From Eledone cirrhosa (taxonomy: Eukaryota), in NCBI GenBank assembly GCA_964016885.1, contig OZ024746.1, positions 29,078,001-29,142,000 on the forward strand: a stretch of 64,000 bases of DNA, read 5' to 3'. Shown here piece after piece: positions 58,879 through 64,000 of this stretch (positions within the stretch are counted from its first letter, which is position 1; each line of letters begins with the position of its first letter). The notes under the pieces are model-generated. The model had not been told where the DNA came from. It worked only from the letters and a program-made list of their open reading frames with translations, and did not search any database. Made by a program: the position numbers and the translations under genes.

Positions 58879-59068
58879 GGGCGGTGGATTGGCAGTATCG
58901 GTAGAGGGTCGGACGCCATGCTTTCCAGCATAGTTACGTCCCTTTACGATCTGAGTTCAAATCCCGCCGAGGTTGACTTTGCCTTTCATCCTTACGGGGT
59001 CGATAAAATAAAGTACCAGTAATGCACTGGGTAATTGCTGGCCTTGTGCCTAAAGTAGAAACAATTAT
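58879..59068 (+). mobile_element. tRNA-headed SINE, young copy
   Basis: Reads identical to 15588-15778. Confidence 0.9.
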
Positions 59069-59331
59069 TTCAAGTGATATTGACCACTTCTTACCGTTTT
59101 TTCAACCTTTTATCAGTCAACCAGAAATGTAAATAAACAATCAAGGTTTAGAAACGTTGAGCAAGTTACAAATTCTTTTGAAAATTATGATAACTTAGGT
59201 ATATGGAAGTTCGATATTCCAGTGGATGTTGTGTAAGATATAGATTAGGCATGTCCACTTGAGTTATACAAATGTTTTTGTTTTGTTTTTTTTTTTCAAG
59301 AGAATTACTTATTGAAAGAATCACTGGACAG

Positions 59332-59612
59332 ATCTTACGAGCAAAACCACCCGACAGGAGACCCAGAGGTAGACCCCGAGCAAGATGGTTAGATAGCGTC
59401 CATGAGATTGGCTAATCTCGCTTGGGGATCCAACGGGATTAGTTGTTAGCGGTTGCATGTGACAGGATCAGCTGAAAGAAATGTTTGAGGACTCTGCCTC
59501 CACGACCCCCCTCAGGAATAAGTGGGTGAAGAAGAAGAAGAAGAAGAAGAAGGAGGAAGAAGAAGAAGAAGAAAAAGAAGAAGAAGAAGAAGAAGACGAA
59601 GAAGAAGAAGAA
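59332..59612 (+). mobile_element. RTE-clade LINE 3' fragment with (GAA)n tail
   Basis: Translates ILRAKPPDRRPRGRPRARWLDSV (RTE C-terminal RGRP..RW motif); short 3' UTR, then (GAA)n from 59528. Confidence 0.75.
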
Positions 59613-59652
59613 TATATATAGGCACGTATGTGTATATTAAAAAAACCTAAAC

Positions 59653-59719
<67 letters not shown>

Positions 59720-60283
59720 AGTGATGTACGAGAAGATATTGTAAACATAAATATGTACTACACATGTTGCAGAAGATTGTCTTAGAAACAGACAGATAGG
59801 TGTGGGGGGGGGGTAGATGAAGAAACGACTTCCAAATGTTTCAAATCAAGGAAAAAATGGGTTTTTTTTTACTTCGTTAATTAGAAATTTTTGTATATTT
59901 ATATATTTATTTATTTATTTATTTATTTATTTGATGGTGGTGGTGGTGGTGGTGGTGGTGGTGGTGGTGGTGGTGGTGGTGGTGGTGAGGGCTCTGGTTA
60001 AGCTTAACATTCTGCTAGTGTATTGTGTTGTGTTATGTTGTGTTGTGTCAGGCTTTGAAAAACATTGTAAAATGTGATGCTTTACCAACTTAAAGAATTT
60101 CCTGACGGTGTCGATCATCCATACACCACCACCACCAGCACCACCCAACCTGTATCATTACTCTTTCCTCATACCACCCCCAAGTTACTCCCTAATCTTT
60201 ATTTTATTATTTATATATTTTGATTTTGATCCCTTATTTTGTTTGGGTGGATGTTTTGTTCTTGTATTGTATTTTTCTGTGTT

Positions 60284-60314
<31 letters not shown>

Positions 60315-60407
60315 GCACATGATTATACATACATACATATGTATATATATATATTTATATATATGTATATATATATATATACATATATACATATATATAT
60401 ATATAAA

Positions 60408-60473
<66 letters not shown>

Positions 60474-60698
60474 TACATATGCATATATAAATATGAGTAT
60501 ATATATATATATATACACACACATATATATGCATGAGTTTAGATGCGAGAGTATATATAAATATATATATATATATATGTGTGTGTGCGCGCGGGTGTGT
60601 TCACTGCCAGATTGTCTTTTTTCTTTCAAACGTAATTCGATAGTGTTTCCTGACAAACTTGAGATTTAATTAGAAATACTCTGTCTATCAACCCTCTT

Positions 60699-60789
<91 letters not shown>

Positions 60790-60846
60790 CTCTCTCTCTC
60801 TCTCACTCTCTCACTCCCTCCATCTAAGTATCTCTCTCTCTGTGCT

Positions 60847-60925
<79 letters not shown>

Positions 60926-60936
60926 ATATATATATA

Positions 60937-61026
<90 letters not shown>

Positions 61027-61063
61027 AATACATTTAAAACAATTATATATAGGTATGTATGTA

Positions 61064-61112
<49 letters not shown>

Positions 61113-61167
61113 GCACACACACACACATATATATATATATGTATATAAATATATATATATGTATATA

Positions 61168-61203
<36 letters not shown>

Positions 61204-61217
61204 CATATATATATATA

Positions 61218-61285
<68 letters not shown>

Positions 61286-61297
61286 AATTTTAGTATG

Positions 61298-61334
<37 letters not shown>

Positions 61335-61427
61335 TTTAGTATGTATATATATATATATATATATATATAAGTTTTAAATGTAGTAGGAAAAAAGAACGAA
61401 ACGTAACGACTTAACTGAAAGTAATGG

Positions 61428-61477
<50 letters not shown>

Positions 61478-61905
61478 GAAGTATAATGAGGGGTGAGACA
61501 GAAAGTCGAATGAAGTGAGTGCTAAAATAAAGAGAGTGAAAGGGCTAAAAGAGAGTGAAAGAGAAGGAAAATGATGGGGGGGGGGGATTTCAAAGTAGCG
61601 AACATTGACTTTTGAAATATAATTCTGCGCCAAAGATAACGTTTTTTACATTTACTGAAGAGCATAGAACAGACCTCAACAATAGTGTGTATGTATGTGT
61701 ATGTGTGTTTGCATGTGTGAGAGTATGTCTGTGTGTACTGTTGTATGGGTTTATACACGTACTCTGAGCTTCGACAAATTACACACACTTACAGACATAT
61801 ATATATATATATATATATGTATATTATGTACATACATACATTCATAGAAATGGTCGCATTCTTTAAGGGTATGTCAATATTTATTTATAAAACTGCTCTA
61901 TATTA

Positions 61906-61971
61906 TATTTTATCTGATGAAAGCACAGCATAATTTTAACTTGGTGTCCTTGAAATATGCATAATGAAATA
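61906..61971 (+). ncRNA. Minimal type I hammerhead of a small (TA)n-associated repeat family
   Basis: AUUUUAU-CUGAUGA-AAGCAC..GUGUCCUU-GAAA-UAUGCAUA-AUGAAAU; a 5'-clipped tandem copy lies 208 nt downstream (62123-62221). Confidence 0.7.
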
Positions 61972-62219
61972 AATATGGTTTTATAAATTTAGTTTCCATT
62001 TGTTAATATATCGTATTTTTACTCCAATTTTTTGTTGAGTGATTTATATCAGTTATAATAATATTTGCTTGTTGTATCCCAACAATTTAAATTGAACTTC
62101 TACATATATATATATATATATATGAAGAAGGCATAACATATTGTTAATATGATATCCCTGAAATATATATAATGAAATAAATATGGTTTTATAAATATAG
62201 TTTCCATTTATTTAATATC

Positions 62220-62289
<70 letters not shown>

Positions 62290-62362
62290 CTTGTCTATTT
62301 CTTCTCACTTTCCGTTGCTTAATCCATTTTGTTTGTTACCCTAACGTCCCCTTTATTTACGT

Positions 62363-62464
62363 GTCCCAACGACTTTTTTTAGCCGTTGTTCGCACCAACC
62401 TGAGGCATATGGCCCTTAAAGCGATGAAATGCCTGGGACGGTTGGAGGGTCACTGATGAAGGAC
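62363..62464 (+). ncRNA. Candidate pseudoknotted (strand-permuted) hammerhead ribozyme with K-turn
   Basis: GGCA-UA|UGGCCCU ... GCGAU-GAAA-UGCC ... AGGGUCA-CUGAUGA-AGGAC. Stem III GGCA/UGCC, stem I UGGCCCU/AGGGUCA, predicted cut after 62409. Host element about 62288-62518, between (TA)n tracts. Confidence 0.7.
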
Positions 62465-62512
62465 TCACTTTTTCATATGCACCACCATTTGCAACGGGCA
62501 GCCATCATTATT

Positions 62513-62571
<59 letters not shown>

Positions 62572-62815
62572 ATATAACATTTATGTTGGATGGTTTACCA
62601 AGTGGATAGATATGGTCATTTCGGTTAGCAAATCGTGATGTATTAAACTAAAGCAGCCGACGTGTGCCGTAATCCTGTAACTGATTTCTTCCCCTTTGCA
62701 ATCTACACCTGATGACGTCGCCAAAATCTTATGTCATGATCTTATCAGGCCATCGAAATACGTATTGTGATTTTGCAACATTAAAAGAATATTTGGAATC
62801 CGGCATTATGTTGTC

Positions 62816-62873
<58 letters not shown>

Positions 62874-62874
62874 G

Positions 62875-62942
<68 letters not shown>

Positions 62943-63220
62943 TAAAAGGAATTCCAACTTTGTCTGATTTACTCGTTTTATTTACAATCCTTTAAAATTT
63001 ATAATGGTATTAGAATGAAATAGTATGGTAGAATATTAAATGTTAAGTGTTAATTGAACAAGTACTTTCATGCTTTCGAAATCTTCAGGTTCATAATGTG
63101 TGGTGGCAGTCAAGTTTGCAGTTGAAAATTGCAAACTTGACTGTCACCACACATTATGAATTTGTAAAGCCAAAACGATGCAGGTATGGGCATAGAATAA
63201 AAAATATGCATATATATATA

Positions 63221-63816
63221 TATGAAAAATATGGGAAGAAGGATACTGCGTGGGTGCACATGGGTTACATATTATAAAATTAGTCCCTCATCAGTGATTT
63301 GCCAACCATCATTGGTATTTCATCGCATTAAAAATCATATACCTCAGGTTGGTGCGAGCAATAACTAAAATAAGCTATTGGGACAAGTGAGTCGCGTAAA
63401 GCGAGTGAGACAAGTAAACAACATAGAAGGAAAAGCAAACCGAAGATGGGAAAAAAACAAGCAACATGGTTATCCGATCAGCATAAGCTGGGTGAATTTC
63501 ATGAGCGTTCAGAATACAGACCTTTCGCCGTGAATGGGATGTGAGAAAGAAAGAATCCCACTCCTAACGAACGGGAGGAAGTGAGAAGGGGAGAAACAGA
63601 GAGTGGGTGAGTGGAAGTGCGAGGAAGAGGTCAGTCGAGAGAAAGTGTAACTGACAGAGGGGGCGAAAGAAGGTAAGAAAACAGAGAGAACGGGGGAGCA
63701 GTAAGAGAGAAAGAGAGAAACAGATAATCGCAGTCTAGGTAAATATGTATGAAAAATATGGGAAGAAGGATGCTGCGTGGTTGCACATGGGTTACATATT
63801 ATAAAATTAGTCCCTC

Positions 63817-63818
<2 letters not shown>
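63221..63818 (-). mobile_element. Non-autonomous retrozyme/PLE-like element: 527-bp unit plus 71-bp terminal direct repeat, in (TA)n
   Basis: 63221-63291 is repeated at 63748-63818 (2 substitutions); no ORF; carries the permuted HHR; both flanks are (TA)n. Confidence 0.7.
63283..63384 (-). ncRNA. Candidate pseudoknotted hammerhead, variant 3
   Basis: GGUA-UA|UGAUUU ... UGCGAU-GAAA-UACC ... AAAUCA-CUGAUGA-GGGAC. Confidence 0.68.
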
Positions 63819-63882
<64 letters not shown>

Positions 63883-64000
63883 ACTGTAGTATAAGTTTAG
63901 TAGAAATATGGAAGGGCAAGAGGACTCAGTCAATAGGATGAGTTAAGTATAATTAGTTATAACAGTGACATATACAGGTACCTGCGTTTCGTTGGATTAT

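Noticed and set aside
62395-62445. SECIS element or box C/D snoRNA reading of the tandem GA motif
   Set aside because: The bulge is on the 3' strand and the non-canonical helix is the outer one, opposite to SECIS geometry; no AAR apical loop at the right distance and no terminal C/D box pair.

Overview
Repeat-dense, AT-rich eukaryotic non-coding DNA. The (TA)n/(CA)n/(GA)n load and the SINE types suggest an animal, most likely an octopus-like cephalopod (inference). No host protein-coding exon is recognisable, and almost all short ORFs in the track are microsatellite artefacts. Main content: (1) a head-to-tail stack of three Tx1/L1-clade non-LTR retrotransposons (24.4-37.6 kb, minus strand; the first has intact ORF1 and ORF2), each joined by (ATT)n, plus a fourth fragment behind another (ATT)n; (2) a young tRNA-headed SINE whose 3' end matches the Tx1 3' end; (3) decayed R4/Dong-like, CRE-like, RTE-like and Penelope (GIY-YIG) relics and mariner-type MITEs; (4) a 10-copy composite satellite; (5) many small (TA)n-embedded elements carrying hammerhead-ribozyme (HHR) motifs, several as fold-back palindromes. 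The most unusual signal is a repeat (4 copies, 3 variants; 53.4-53.7, 62.4 and 63.3 kb). It has all invariant HHR core nucleotides and covarying stems I and III, but the three core strands lie in a non-canonical order that forces a pseudoknotted fold, with a kink-turn in extended stem III. One copy sits in a 527-bp unit with a 71-bp terminal redundancy, as expected for a retrozyme/circular-RNA-like element. All structures were folded by eye and none was computed or tested.
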